From the NCBI GenBank assembly GCA_963734545.1, contig CAVTHO010000005.1:480001-544000 (forward strand): a DNA stretch of 64,000 bases, written 5' to 3'. Below, piece by piece: positions 9,841 through 19,091 of this stretch (position 1 is the stretch's first letter; every line of letters starts with the position of its first letter). A model generated the notes under the pieces. That model did not search any database. It saw only the letters and a list, made by a program, of their open reading frames with translations, and was not told the origin of the DNA. The translations under genes were made by a program, and so were the position numbers. Origin of the DNA: an uncultured Spirochaetota bacterium. GTDB taxonomy: Bacteria; Spirochaetota; Spirochaetia; SZUA-6; Fen-1364.

Positions 9841-10782
9841 ATGAAAACCTGCTTTCTTTTCCCCGGACAGGGCGCCCAATATCCCGGCATGGCGAAAGAT
9901 CTCTGGGAGGAAAGTCATAAAGTCAAGGAACTGTTCAAGAAGGCCACGCAAGCATCTGGAATGGACGCAGAAAAGCTCCTTTTCGAGTCCTCCGAGGACG
10001 AGTTGAAAGCTACCGACAAAACGCAGATAGCTATTACCCTCGCCAGCCTATGCTCGAGTGCTTTCCTCAAAGAGAAAGGAATACTTCCGCTGGGATGCGC
10101 GGGTTTCAGCCTTGGCGAGTACGCGGCCCTGTGCGAGGCGGGTGTCATTCGGCTGGAGGATGTATTTCCAGTCGTGAAAATCCGAGGCGCCCTGATGGAA
10201 AAGGCAGCGCGATCCCTCGATTCCCAGACAGGCGAGCCGGGAATGGCGGCGGTTCTGGGCATCTCCGCCGAGAAAGTGGCGGCCACCGTGGAAGGTCTTG
10301 CCGGTTTGTCAGTCTACCTCTCCAACCATAACAGTCCGACCCAGGTGGTCGTGTCGGGGACCGCGGCAGGCCTGGAGAAGGCGGAAGAGGCTTTACGGGC
10401 CGCGGGCGCGAGGCGTTTTGTCCGGCTGCCTGTTTCTGGCCCTTTTCACTCGCCGCTCATGTCCGACGCGCGCAGGGAGTTCGATGAAGCTCTCGCTGCA
10501 TTCGCGTTTTCCGATCCCTCGATACCCGTCTATTCGAACGTGACAGGCAAGGCGATTCGCGCGGGATCGGAGGCGAAGGAACTCTGCGGCGCTCAGCTCG
10601 TCTCCACGGTGCGCTGGGTGGCGGTGGAGGAAGCCTTGTTCGCCGATGGCTTCGACCGGTTCCTGGAGGCCGGGCCCGGCACCGTGCTGACGGGCCTGAT
10701 GCGCGCCCTGCGTGCCGATGCACGCTGTGAGCAGGCGGGAACGCTTGTGAGCATCTCGAAAGCGGCGGAGACCACGAAGTGA
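9841..10782 (+). CDS. fabD: Malonyl-CoA:ACP transacylase
   Basis: FLFPGQGAQ, GFSLGEY, LPVSGPFHS, VYSNVT. Confidence 0.96.
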   Translation: MKTCFLFPGQGAQYPGMAKDLWEESHKVKELFKKATQASGMDAEKLLFESSEDELKATDKTQIAITLASLCSSAFLKEKGILPLGCAGFSLGEYAALCEAGVIRLEDVFPVVKIRGALMEKAARSLDSQTGEPGMAAVLGISAEKVAATVEGLAGLSVYLSNHNSPTQVVVSGTAAGLEKAEEALRAAGARRFVRLPVSGPFHSPLMSDARREFDEALAAFAFSDPSIPVYSNVTGKAIRAGSEAKELCGAQLVSTVRWVAVEEALFADGFDRFLEAGPGTVLTGLMRALRADARCEQAGTLVSISKAAETTK

Positions 10783-10970
10783 CACTGATTGAAACAGATA
10801 TGACGAAAGCACTCGCGGAAAAGGGGCGTGACGCGCTTCTTTCGCAGATTCCCCTCGGACGCACGGGAACAGCCGCGGACGTGGCCGCCCTTGCCGTCTT
10901 CCTCGCCTCGGATGCGTCGGCCTCCATCACAGGCCAGGTCATCCAGGCCGATGCCGGGCTTTCGATGTGA
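10779..10970 (+). pseudogene. fabG: 3-oxoacyl-ACP reductase remnant (only the C-terminal ~60 aa)
   Basis: IETDMT...IPLGRTG...VFLASDASASITGQVIQADAG is the FabG C-terminus; Rossmann and YxxxK regions are absent; canonical position between fabD and fabF. Confidence 0.8.
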
Positions 10971-10984
10971 TGCAAGGAGATTAC

Positions 10985-12226
10985 ATGGCGCGAAGAGTCG
11001 TTGTGACAGGCATGGGGACCGTGAACCCGCTCGGCAACAATGTGAAGGACTCCTGGAAGGCGATCAAAGCCGGGGAAAATGGTATCGGCATGATCGATCG
11101 TTTTGACATGAAGATGTTCGACTCGAAGATCGGCGGTCAGGTGAAGAACTTCGTCCCGGAGAACATCCTCGAGACCAAGGAAGCCCGGCGCATGGACAGG
11201 TTCACGCAGTTCGCAATGGTGTCCGCGCTCGAGGCCATGGCGCAGGCGGGACTCAAACCGGGAGACGCAGACCCTGAGCGATTCGGCGTCATCCTGGGCA
11301 ACGGGATCGGGGGAATCGAAACCCTCGAGGCAGCTTTCGGCAAGATTGCCCAGAAGGGGCCGCAGGGACTCCATCCCCTTACTATTCCCATGATGATCGC
11401 GAACGAGGCGCCCGCCAACATTGCCATCAAGCTGCAGGCGTACGGCCCGTGTTTCTGCGTGGTGACCGCCTGCGCCTCCTCCAACGACGCCATAGGCGAC
11501 GCCTGGCGCTTCATCCGTGACGGCACCGCCGACGTGATGATTGCGGGAGGCACGGAAGCGCCCCTCACGCCCCTCGGGTTGGCGGGATTCATCAAGCTGC
11601 AGGCGGCGAGCACGAGAAACGACGACCCGGCGCACGCGAGCAGGCCTTTTGACAAGGACAGGGACGGATTCGTCATGGCGGAGGGCGCGGGCCTGCTCCT
11701 GCTGGAGGAGCTCGAGCACGCCAGGAAGAGGGGCGCTCACATCATCGCCGAGATGGCCGGCTACTCGGCCACCTGCGACGCGAACCACCTCACGGCGCCC
11801 CACCCCCAGGGACGGGGAGCCATCAAGGCTATCTGCCAGGCAATCGCTTCGGCCGGGCTTGCGCCGAGCGACATCGATTATGTCAATGCGCACGGGACAT
11901 CCACCCCGATAAACGACCCGATCGAGACAAAGGCCATCAAGGCGGTGTTCGGCGAGCATGCAAAGAAGCTGAAGGTCTCCTCTTCCAAGTCCATGACAGG
12001 GCACCTGCTCGGCGCGGCAGGCGGCATAGAGGCAATCGTCTCGATCATGGCAATCACGGACCAGTTCTTCCCGCCCACGCGGAACCTCGACACGCCCGAC
12101 CCGGAGTGCGACCTGGACTATGTGCCGCACAAGGGCTATTCAGGCAGGATCCGGGCGGCAATCTCCAATGCGCTGGGCTTTGGCGGGCACAACTCGATCG
12201 TGGTGTTCAAGGAGTTCACGACATAG
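10985..12226 (+). CDS. fabF: 3-oxoacyl-ACP synthase II
   Basis: RRVVVTGMG, TACASS, SRPFDKDRDGFV, NAHGTSTP, KSMTGHLLGAAG; AAGGAG SD. Confidence 0.97.
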   Translation: MARRVVVTGMGTVNPLGNNVKDSWKAIKAGENGIGMIDRFDMKMFDSKIGGQVKNFVPENILETKEARRMDRFTQFAMVSALEAMAQAGLKPGDADPERFGVILGNGIGGIETLEAAFGKIAQKGPQGLHPLTIPMMIANEAPANIAIKLQAYGPCFCVVTACASSNDAIGDAWRFIRDGTADVMIAGGTEAPLTPLGLAGFIKLQAASTRNDDPAHASRPFDKDRDGFVMAEGAGLLLLEELEHARKRGAHIIAEMAGYSATCDANHLTAPHPQGRGAIKAICQAIASAGLAPSDIDYVNAHGTSTPINDPIETKAIKAVFGEHAKKLKVSSSKSMTGHLLGAAGGIEAIVSIMAITDQFFPPTRNLDTPDPECDLDYVPHKGYSGRIRAAISNALGFGGHNSIVVFKEFTT

Positions 12227-12298
12227 CGCGGTCACCGTACCCGTGACATTTATCGCGCCACCGCCCGTGGATTATCGCGCCACGGTACCCCGTGGATT
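12226..12298 (-). repeat. REP-like hairpin array (3 units) between convergent fabF and ptb
   Basis: Minus-strand units AATCCACGG-GGTA-CCGTGGCGC, AATCCACGGGCGGTGGCGC and AATGTCACGGGTACGGTGACCGCGC. Confidence 0.8.
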
Positions 12299-13191
12299 AT
12301 CGCGCCAGCGCTCCGAGCGCGAGCGAGTACAGTTTGTTGCGCACAGAGTCGCTGCGGGACGCCAGCACGATGGGCACCCGCGCGCCCATGACGATGCCCG
12401 CCTCTTCCGCCTTGGCGAAAAAAATGAGGGCCTTATAGAGGATGTTGGCTGCCTCGATGTTCGGGGCGACCAGGATGTCCGCCCTGCCCGCCAGCTCGCT
12501 CGTAATGCCCTTGTGACGGGCCGCCTCCACGCTCACCGCGTTGTCCAGGGCAAGAGGGCCTTCCACGCGCGCGCCCTTGATCGCTCCCCTCTCCGCCATT
12601 TTTGCCACGCATGCCGCATCCACAGTGGCCGGCATGTCCGGGTTCACTGTCTCGATTGCGCAGAGGATCGCCACGACGGGCTGCGGAAGACCGAGCTTGT
12701 GGGCGAGGTCCACCGCGTTCTGCACGATGTCGAGCTTCTGCTGGTAGTCAGGGGCGATCGTGAGGGCGGCGTCGGTGACGAAGTAGAAGCGCTCCGACTT
12801 CCTCGAACTTGAACACACCGACGTGCGACAGCGTGCGCCCCATGGTGAGGCCGTTTGCCTTGGAGAGCACGGCGCGCAGAAGATCGGCGCTCGGCAGCAG
12901 CCCCTTTACCAGGATGTCTCCCTTGCCATCGGCCACGACTTTGACCGCGACGGTTGCAGCCTCTCCATTTGTGCCCGCGTCGATGAGCTCGCAGCCCTGC
13001 AGGGAAAGGGACCTCTCACGCGCGGACCGCTCGATCTCCGCTTGCGGACCCACGAGAACGGGCCGGGCGAACCCGGCATCTCGCGCTCCCGTCAATGCCT
13101 CCAGGATGGTCGAATCCGCCGCCTGGGCGACGACGAATCGGGCTGGTCCCGCGGCGCGCGCCGCTTCGATGATCTGCGCAAAGGTGTTCAT
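12297..13191 (-). CDS. ptb: Phosphate butyryl/acetyltransferase (one frameshift near 12800)
   Basis: DILVKGLL, RTLSHVGV, TDAALTIAP, EGPLALDNAVS, PNIEAANILYK, SRSDS split over ORFs 12748-13251 and 12297-12818. Confidence 0.88.
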
Positions 13192-13279
13192 GACGACCCC
13201 CCGGTGCAAGTATATCACGGAGGAAAGACGTAGCGCCTCACGACACGGCACGTCTCGGGAAATGCGCGCGCGTGATCAA

Positions 13280-13327
13280 TGTGCGCTACCGTACAGAATG
13301 ACATCGGCTTTTCTGTTTTCATATTCT
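13280..13327 (+). promoter_or_regulatory. Putative Crp-family operator with downstream -10
   Basis: TGTGCG-CTAC-CGTACA (13280-13295), TATTCT at 13322-13327; near-identical site at 14669. Confidence 0.6.
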
Positions 13328-13497
13328 TCAGAGGGCGCATGAGTGACACGAAAGGACCGCAGGGAGCGCCATTCGGCCGGCACGCGGCTGCGCCCGTTGT
13401 CGGTTCTTTCTCATGATTTCCAAGGGGCTGAACGGAGGCAATCCCGAGACAGGAAAAAGGTTGTATCGCATGACATGGGCGAGGAGAAGATGTGGGA

Positions 13498-13710
13498 ATG
13501 AAAAGAGTGTGTGCGTGGTGCCAGAGGCCGCTGAATAACGAACCTGACAGGGGCACTCCGGTGAGTCATGGAATTTGCGATCCCTGCTTCGAGAATGTTG
13601 TGCTGAAAATAACAGTGCTCAGCAGTCTGCGCAGCGCCATTCAATCTCCGGTCGAGGCGGACGGGAAGGGCAATTTCGGCAGGCAGCCCCGCAGTCCCCG
13701 CTTTCAGTAG
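13498..13710 (+). CDS. Small putative Zn-binding protein (CxxC...HxxCxxC)
   Basis: MKRVCAWCQ...VSHGICDPC; GAGGAG upstream. Confidence 0.65.
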   Translation: MKRVCAWCQRPLNNEPDRGTPVSHGICDPCFENVVLKITVLSSLRSAIQSPVEADGKGNFGRQPRSPRFQ

Positions 13711-13766
13711 AAGGGCATTGGAACGCGGTATACGGCTCCGCTCGACATCAGCCCTATTGTCAGCTT

Positions 13767-14528
13767 TCAACGCTTGGGACGGATGTGGGGGTCGAATGGC
13801 TCACCCCGCCCCGCGTCGGGGAGCAGGCGTCGGAACTCCTGTCTGACGACTTCATAGCATTCACACACCCGCTTCTCCAGGCCCGGTCTATCCAGGACCG
13901 TGATCCGGCCACGGCTGTAGTGAATCAATCCATCATTTTGCAGTTTGCCTGCTGCCTCGGTCACGCCCTCCCGCCGCACCCCCAGCATGTTGGCGATCAG
14001 CTCCTGGGTCATGCTCAATTCATTGGCCGGCAGGCGGTCCAGACTGAGCAGCAGCCAGCGGCAAAGCTGCTTGTCCACTGAGTGGTGCCGATTGCAGACA
14101 GCTGTCTGCGCCATCTGGGTCAGCATGGCAAGCGTGTAGCGAAGCAGCAGATGCTGCAGCGCTCCGGCGCGGTTGAATTCCTCCTTGAGCAGCTGTCCCC
14201 TCAACCGATAGGCATTGCCCGCACTCTGCACCACGGCTCGATTCGGCATCGTATCGCCACCCATGAACAGCGCAATGCCGACAATGCCTTCGTAGCCAAC
14301 CACGGCAATTTCTGCGGAGGAGCCGTTTTCAAGCTCGTACAGCAGGGACACGATGGCGGTAGTGGGGAAATAGACGTGATTCAAGGTGTCCCCCGACTCG
14401 TAAAGCGCTTCACCGAGCGGCAGGGGAACCAGCTCAAGATGGGGAAACAAACGCTCGGATTCCGTTTTCGGAAGAGCGGCCAGCAGATGGTTGTGCTGCG
14501 GCTTCGGGGGGCTGGGCACAGCAGACAT
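13767..14528 (-). CDS. Crp/Fnr family transcriptional regulator
   Basis: cNMP-binding fold (VYFPTTAIVSL, GYEGIVG) and HTH TQELIANMLGVRREGVTEAA; GGAGG SD. Confidence 0.95.
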   Translation of the reverse strand: MSAVPSPPKPQHNHLLAALPKTESERLFPHLELVPLPLGEALYESGDTLNHVYFPTTAIVSLLYELENGSSAEIAVVGYEGIVGIALFMGGDTMPNRAVVQSAGNAYRLRGQLLKEEFNRAGALQHLLLRYTLAMLTQMAQTAVCNRHHSVDKQLCRWLLLSLDRLPANELSMTQELIANMLGVRREGVTEAAGKLQNDGLIHYSRGRITVLDRPGLEKRVCECYEVVRQEFRRLLPDAGRGEPFDPHIRPKR

Positions 14529-14568
14529 GATCAGCCTCCAGTATTTTTTATACGATTGAATTAACAGA

Positions 14569-14598
14569 AATTTATTGCCATCAATAATAACCTGTCAA
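14569..14598 (-). promoter_or_regulatory. Sigma-70 promoter of the Crp gene with a palindrome in the spacer
   Basis: Minus-strand TTGACA-18-TAAATT; TTATTG-CCAT-CAATAA inverted repeat at 14572-14587. Confidence 0.5.
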
Positions 14599-14668
14599 GG
14601 CATCCATTTGCCCTGCGAATCTAGACTCGACTCAGCTCGAATGGGAATTCCCGCGGAAACCACCGGTA

Positions 14669-14716
14669 CGTGCGCTACCGCACGGAAATGTGCCGGATTC
14701 CATGCCAACTTACTGT
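14669..14716 (+). promoter_or_regulatory. Second putative Crp-family operator with downstream -10
   Basis: CGTGCG-CTAC-CGCACG (14669-14684) and TACTGT at 14711-14716, same spacing as the 13280 site. Confidence 0.6.
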
Positions 14717-14898
14717 CGGTAAGGATTCAAGAGTACAGTACCCAAGTAGGAATGCGGGTGACGGCGATGAGCGATAGTCCCTCCCTCAGCGCCCAACCCG
14801 CACCATTGGCTGACGAAAGAGCGGAATGCGGTCATCCCTCAAAAGCAATCCTGAAGCCTCCCGCCGAACCACACGTGGACAGGTCGGGGAGTCGCAGG

Positions 14899-16311
14899 TT
14901 ACCGCCGGAGCACCGAGCTCTCCCGTTCCATCGTGCCGTGTGCAATGATCTCCCGGATCTTGTAGGTCCCGTACTTGCGTGCCTTGAGAAACCCGTCCCA
15001 CGCGGCGTCCGCCAGACGCCCGCCTTCCAGGAGATGGAACAGCCACTGGTCCGTGTAGTGGGGATCCCCCTGGGGATAGCCTGCCTGGATTTCCACGAGC
15101 CAGTTCTGGTTGAAGAGCTCCTGGCTGCCAATGGGCGGTGCCATGATGATGGGGATGCCGAGGCCGCAATAGAAGGAGAGCTCACTGGGCTTGGTCCAGA
15201 GTACGTCCGTTGTCCGCATGCAAGTGGCGAATGAATGGAAGTATTCCTCCAGGCCGACCCCGAAGACGACGCCAATCTGGGGCAAGGCGAGCTCCTTCTT
15301 CAGCTGGTCGACGAACCGCGCCACCTCGGGCCTGATCCCTGCCAGGATCGTCAGCTGCACCTCGCCTTTCACGATCCGTTGCCGCAGGCTGTGCGCCATT
15401 GCATGGGCAATGTCCGTCTGCGCGCCGGCGCCGCCGATGGCAAAGGTGATGTGGAGGGCCTTGTCACGGGGCGGCCGGCAATTGGCGGCGCCCAGGTAGT
15501 GCTCGGCCTCGTGCCGATGCAGGGGCCAGAATCGTTTGCCCAGGTCCAGGCGGTGCAGGCGCTGTCCCATGTCGTGCCTGAGGACGGAGAGCGTATGATC
15601 GCCGAGGGCCTCGATCGGCAGGGGAAAGCCGGTTACCCAGATGCGTTCGTCCGGCACCCCGTACTGTTTCAGCCGGCCCACCGTCCGTCCCGAGGGCACG
15701 AAGTAGACGATGCGGCTCTTTTTAGGGTTTTCCGCAACCCACGCACGGTTGACCTCCACGTCGCAGATGACACAGTAGATCCGTGAATATCCCGCCATGT
15801 CCGCGGCGATTGCCGGCGCGTAGAATGACGTCACCAGCGGCAGGGGCGCGGCGCCGATTGCCTCGAGCATCCCGCGGCACATGCCCTTGGCGATCAGGCC
15901 CTTCAGCCATGCCACCTGGAAGGAGGGACTGGACATGTCCCGTATCGGGTAGAAAGCGGGAATGTACTGCAGCCGATCCAGCAGCCCGAAGATCGTGTTG
16001 CCGATGATCGGCCAGCTCTTGGTGCGCGAGAGGAACTCGTAGCTCCTGCGCAGCCGCTGCCACTGCTTGTGCTCGGCAGGGTCCGTGTTGGACTCCCGGC
16101 CGAGAGTCATGATTCCGCCTTCCGCCATGTCCCGAAGGGGCCACGCGGCGCGCTGGTGACCGAGACCCATGTCGGCGGTCACCACCCATGCCCGCGGGAG
16201 ACCTCTTTTCGGGCGGCGTACCGCGCGCTTCTCGGGCTTCGATTTTCGACCACCGGCGCTTTTGTAGGGTGACGTTCTCATCGCCTTCCTTGTCATTTTC
16301 GGATCAGCCAC
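14899..16311 (-). CDS. Uncharacterised GT-B glycosyltransferase-like protein (MGDG synthase/UgtP-like motifs)
   Basis: ADMGLGHQRAA, VTGFPLP, WTKPSE...GIPIIMAPPIGSQELFN; the 16428 start overlaps the tRNA, so GTG 16311 (or a later ATG) was chosen. Confidence 0.7.
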   Translation of the reverse strand: MADPKMTRKAMRTSPYKSAGGRKSKPEKRAVRRPKRGLPRAWVVTADMGLGHQRAAWPLRDMAEGGIMTLGRESNTDPAEHKQWQRLRRSYEFLSRTKSWPIIGNTIFGLLDRLQYIPAFYPIRDMSSPSFQVAWLKGLIAKGMCRGMLEAIGAAPLPLVTSFYAPAIAADMAGYSRIYCVICDVEVNRAWVAENPKKSRIVYFVPSGRTVGRLKQYGVPDERIWVTGFPLPIEALGDHTLSVLRHDMGQRLHRLDLGKRFWPLHRHEAEHYLGAANCRPPRDKALHITFAIGGAGAQTDIAHAMAHSLRQRIVKGEVQLTILAGIRPEVARFVDQLKKELALPQIGVVFGVGLEEYFHSFATCMRTTDVLWTKPSELSFYCGLGIPIIMAPPIGSQELFNQNWLVEIQAGYPQGDPHYTDQWLFHLLEGGRLADAAWDGFLKARKYGTYKIREIIAHGTMERESSVLRR

Positions 16312-16349
16312 ATGATCGCCGCCAGCCGTGAAATGAACTCCGTCCACTT

Positions 16350-16434
16350 TGCCGGCGGTCGGACTTGAACCGACACGGGCGTTGCCACCCACCAGATTTT
16401 GAGTCTGGCATGTCTGCCATTTCATCACGCCGGC
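16350..16434 (-). tRNA. tRNA-Leu (CAA)
   Basis: GCCGGCG acceptor stem, CCAGA-CTCAAAA-TCTGG anticodon arm, long variable arm, GGTTCAAGTCC T arm; CCA not encoded. Confidence 0.97.
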
Positions 16435-16483
16435 GTTGCCGCGAGCATAACCATCGGGCCCTCATGCTGTCAACGAAGAACCC

Positions 16484-16596
16484 GCTCCGCCAACTCCGCC
16501 CAGTCCGCCAACTCCGCCCACTCCGCCAGGAGCGGAAGGGAGCGGAAGGGAGGAAGCGAGCACAAGGGAGCGGAAGGGCGCACAAGAGAGCGGAGC
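16484..16596 (+). repeat. Nested modular hairpin (TCCGC-CAAC)n-CAGGA-(GCGGA-AGGGA)n between the divergent tRNAs
   Basis: Five TCCGC left arms, a central CAGGA loop and four GCGGA right arms; same linkers as the 3125-3204 motif. Confidence 0.75.
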
Positions 16597-16619
16597 AGAG
16601 TTGAGGAAAGCGACCGCGC

Positions 16620-16647
16620 TTGACATCGCGCTGTATTTCGGTACGGT
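16620..16647 (+). promoter_or_regulatory. Sigma-70 promoter of the CAT tRNA
   Basis: TTGACA-16-TACGGT, 8 nt before the tRNA 5' end. Confidence 0.6.
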
Positions 16648-16655
16648 AGGGTCCG

Positions 16656-16729
16656 GGGCCCATAGCTCAGTTGGTTAGAGCGACGGACTCATAATCCGTT
16701 GGTCCAAGGTTCAAGTCCTTGTGGGCCCA
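16656..16729 (+). tRNA. tRNA with CAT anticodon, most likely tRNA-Ile2 (lysidine); elongator Met not excluded
   Basis: GGGCCCA/TGGGCCC acceptor stem typical of Ile tRNAs, ACGGA-CTCATAA-TCCGT anticodon arm, GGTTCAAGTCC; no initiator C1:A72 mismatch. Confidence 0.95.
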
Positions 16730-16767
16730 GGTCGGGCCGCGTTCTTCGGCAGAGGTCTGAATATCCC

Positions 16768-17469
16768 CTACCATCGCATCGGCGAACCGGTGTGGTCCAC
16801 GAACACCGGTCCGTCCATGCGCCATTCCCTTACGGCGAGCGCGAGTATGGCGCGCGCGGACTCCTGCGTGTCGTACTTCGCATCCTCTCCGCCCATGCGG
16901 GTGCGCATCCAGCCCGGATGGACCGCAAGGACCTTGATTCCCTTATCTCGCAGGTAGTTCTGGAGGATCACGGATGCCATGTTGAGGGCCGCCTTGGACA
17001 TGCAGTACGCGTACCAGGCGTCACGCTGACAGTCGGCGATGCTTGCTGCCTCGGATGAGAGATTCACCACCATCGCGCGTTGTCCGGCAGGGAGCAGGGG
17101 AAGGAAATGCTTCAATACCCGCAGCGGTCCCAGGGCGTTCACGTCGAGCGTTTCCGCCGCGGCTTCGATGTCAATGCGCTCTATGGGATTGACGGCACTT
17201 TCCCGGTACAGGAGAGCGGCATTGTTGATGAGCAGATCGAGGCGATCGACCTGCCTGCTCACCGCTTCCGCCGCGGCCCTGACCGATTCTTCGCTGGAAA
17301 CGTCGATGACCGTCACATGCAGGGCGCCGTGGTGCTGCTCCTCGAGCAGCGCGAGCGGCTCTGAGGGGGAGCGCGTTCCGGCAAAAACGCGGTCACCTGC
17401 GTCGAGGCAGACCCTCACGAGGGAGAGGCCGAGGCCCCTGTTTGCTCCTGAGATGAAAATGCTTCTCAC
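16768..17469 (-). CDS. SDR family oxidoreductase
   Basis: ISGANRGLG, LINNAA, YCMSKAALN, VHPGWMRTRMGG. Confidence 0.93.
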   Translation of the reverse strand: MRSIFISGANRGLGLSLVRVCLDAGDRVFAGTRSPSEPLALLEEQHHGALHVTVIDVSSEESVRAAAEAVSRQVDRLDLLINNAALLYRESAVNPIERIDIEAAAETLDVNALGPLRVLKHFLPLLPAGQRAMVVNLSSEAASIADCQRDAWYAYCMSKAALNMASVILQNYLRDKGIKVLAVHPGWMRTRMGGEDAKYDTQESARAILALAVREWRMDGPVFVDHTGSPMRW

Positions 17470-17529
17470 AATCTCCGCCTTCCCGCCTCCAGGAGGCTCG
17501 AGCCAGCAGTACGGTCCAGTTTCTGAAGA

Positions 17530-17630
17530 TCGTGTACGTTACCAGTCCTTTGCTCCATAAAGCGACGAAAGCACCCTGTATTTCGGCTTGACAAAGGGCA
17601 TTGCCAATTATAGCATTCGTGTACGTAAAC
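17530..17630 (+). promoter_or_regulatory. Arabinose operon promoter with two AraR-like operators
   Basis: TTGACA(17588)-17-TAGCAT(17611); TCGTGTACGT repeated at 17530 and 17617. Confidence 0.65.
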
Positions 17631-17647
17631 GGACAAGGGGGCACCAT

Positions 17648-19048
17648 ATGCTGGATTCGAAGCGGAAGCCGAAAATCGGGATTCTTGGAATCATGCACGG
17701 CCTCTATGACGAGAAGCAGCCGCAGATCACGACGCAGCAGGAGGCGTTTGCCCGGCAGGTCGCCGCGCGGCTCGCCGATGTCGCCGATGTCGGGTTCTCC
17801 CACGCGGCAAAGAGCCGTCAGCAGATAGAGCAGGTGGTGCGCGATTTCAATACGCAGGGCTACGACGGGATAATGATCATCATGCTGCTGTACAGCCCGG
17901 GCTTCCGGCTCATCGGAGCGCTGCGGGACAACCGTCTGCCGGTCATGCTTGCCAACATCCAGCCGATTGCGAGCGTCACTGCTGATTGGGACTGGGCCCG
18001 GCTGACGACCAACCAGGGGATCCACGGCGCGCAGGACACCGGCAATATGCTCTTTCATGCCGGCGTGCGGCCTGCCGTGGTCACCGAGGACTGGCAGAGT
18101 GAAGAGTTCAAATCATTTGTCGGAGACTGGGCGCGTGCTGCCAAGACGGCCGGGGAGCTCCGGCGCATGCGCATCGCCTCTTTCGGCCGTATGAAGGGCA
18201 TGGGCGACATCGTCGGCAACGACGAGGTCATGCTGAGGGTCCTCGGCCCGGAGGTGAACTTCGAAGGCATCGGAGATGTCCGCAAGCGCATGGATCGCGT
18301 CACGGAGAAGGAGATCGACGCACAGGTGGCGGAGGATTCCCGCAACTTCACCGTCGATCCTCGATTGCCCCGTGAAAATCACCGCTACGCCGCGCGGCTT
18401 CAGCTCGGAATAGAGCAGTTTCTGAAGGAGTTCGCCTACGACGGCTACAGCGCGAACTTCGGCGTGTTCGAGGAGGATGGACGGTTCACCCAGATTCCGA
18501 TGCTCGCGGCGTCCAACCTCATGGCAAAGGGATACGCGTACTCCAATGAGGGCGATGTGCACACTGCTGCCATGGTGGGGGCCGGGCACGTCCTGGCGGG
18601 CGACGGCCACTTTACCGAGATGTACTCCCTGGACTTTGAAAAGGACTCCGCGCTCATGAGTCACATGGGGGAGGGAAACTGGAAGATCGCGCGGAAGGAC
18701 CGGCCTGTCCGCCTCATCGACCGGGAGCTGGAGATCGGCGGTCTCTCCAATCCGCCGACGGTCGTCTTCAGCGCGCAGCCCGGGCCGGCCACGCTCGTTT
18801 CCCTCGCGCCCCTCGAGGGGGTCGTGTACCGACTGGTGGTCTGCGAGGGGGAGATCCTCGATACGCCCGAGTACAAGGCCGTCCCGATGCCGTATTTCCA
18901 CTTCAAGCCGGACACCGGCATACGGCGGTCCATGGATAGCTGGATTCTGGCCGGCGGCACCCACCACCAGGCGCTCGTGCGGGGACGCCACCTGCGCCGC
19001 TGGAAAATGCTCTGCGAGATTCTGAAAGTCGACTGCGTCACGGTGTAG
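17648..19048 (+). CDS. araA: L-arabinose isomerase family protein
   Basis: NQGIHGAQD, NEGDV, FTEMY, SHMGEGN and GGTHH metal/catalytic residues; adjacent GH51. Confidence 0.85.
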   Translation: MLDSKRKPKIGILGIMHGLYDEKQPQITTQQEAFARQVAARLADVADVGFSHAAKSRQQIEQVVRDFNTQGYDGIMIIMLLYSPGFRLIGALRDNRLPVMLANIQPIASVTADWDWARLTTNQGIHGAQDTGNMLFHAGVRPAVVTEDWQSEEFKSFVGDWARAAKTAGELRRMRIASFGRMKGMGDIVGNDEVMLRVLGPEVNFEGIGDVRKRMDRVTEKEIDAQVAEDSRNFTVDPRLPRENHRYAARLQLGIEQFLKEFAYDGYSANFGVFEEDGRFTQIPMLAASNLMAKGYAYSNEGDVHTAAMVGAGHVLAGDGHFTEMYSLDFEKDSALMSHMGEGNWKIARKDRPVRLIDRELEIGGLSNPPTVVFSAQPGPATLVSLAPLEGVVYRLVVCEGEILDTPEYKAVPMPYFHFKPDTGIRRSMDSWILAGGTHHQALVRGRHLRRWKMLCEILKVDCVTV

Positions 19049-19091
19049 CAGCGGCCCCGTTCAGAGGCAGGATGGCGGGAGGGCGGAAGCG

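Noticed and set aside
16312-16428. N-terminal extension of the 509-aa ORF
   Set aside because: It is a translation of the tRNA-Leu gene; the real start is downstream
16350-16729. tRNA-anchored genomic island or prophage
   Set aside because: No integrase, and I found no duplicated tRNA 3' end in the window
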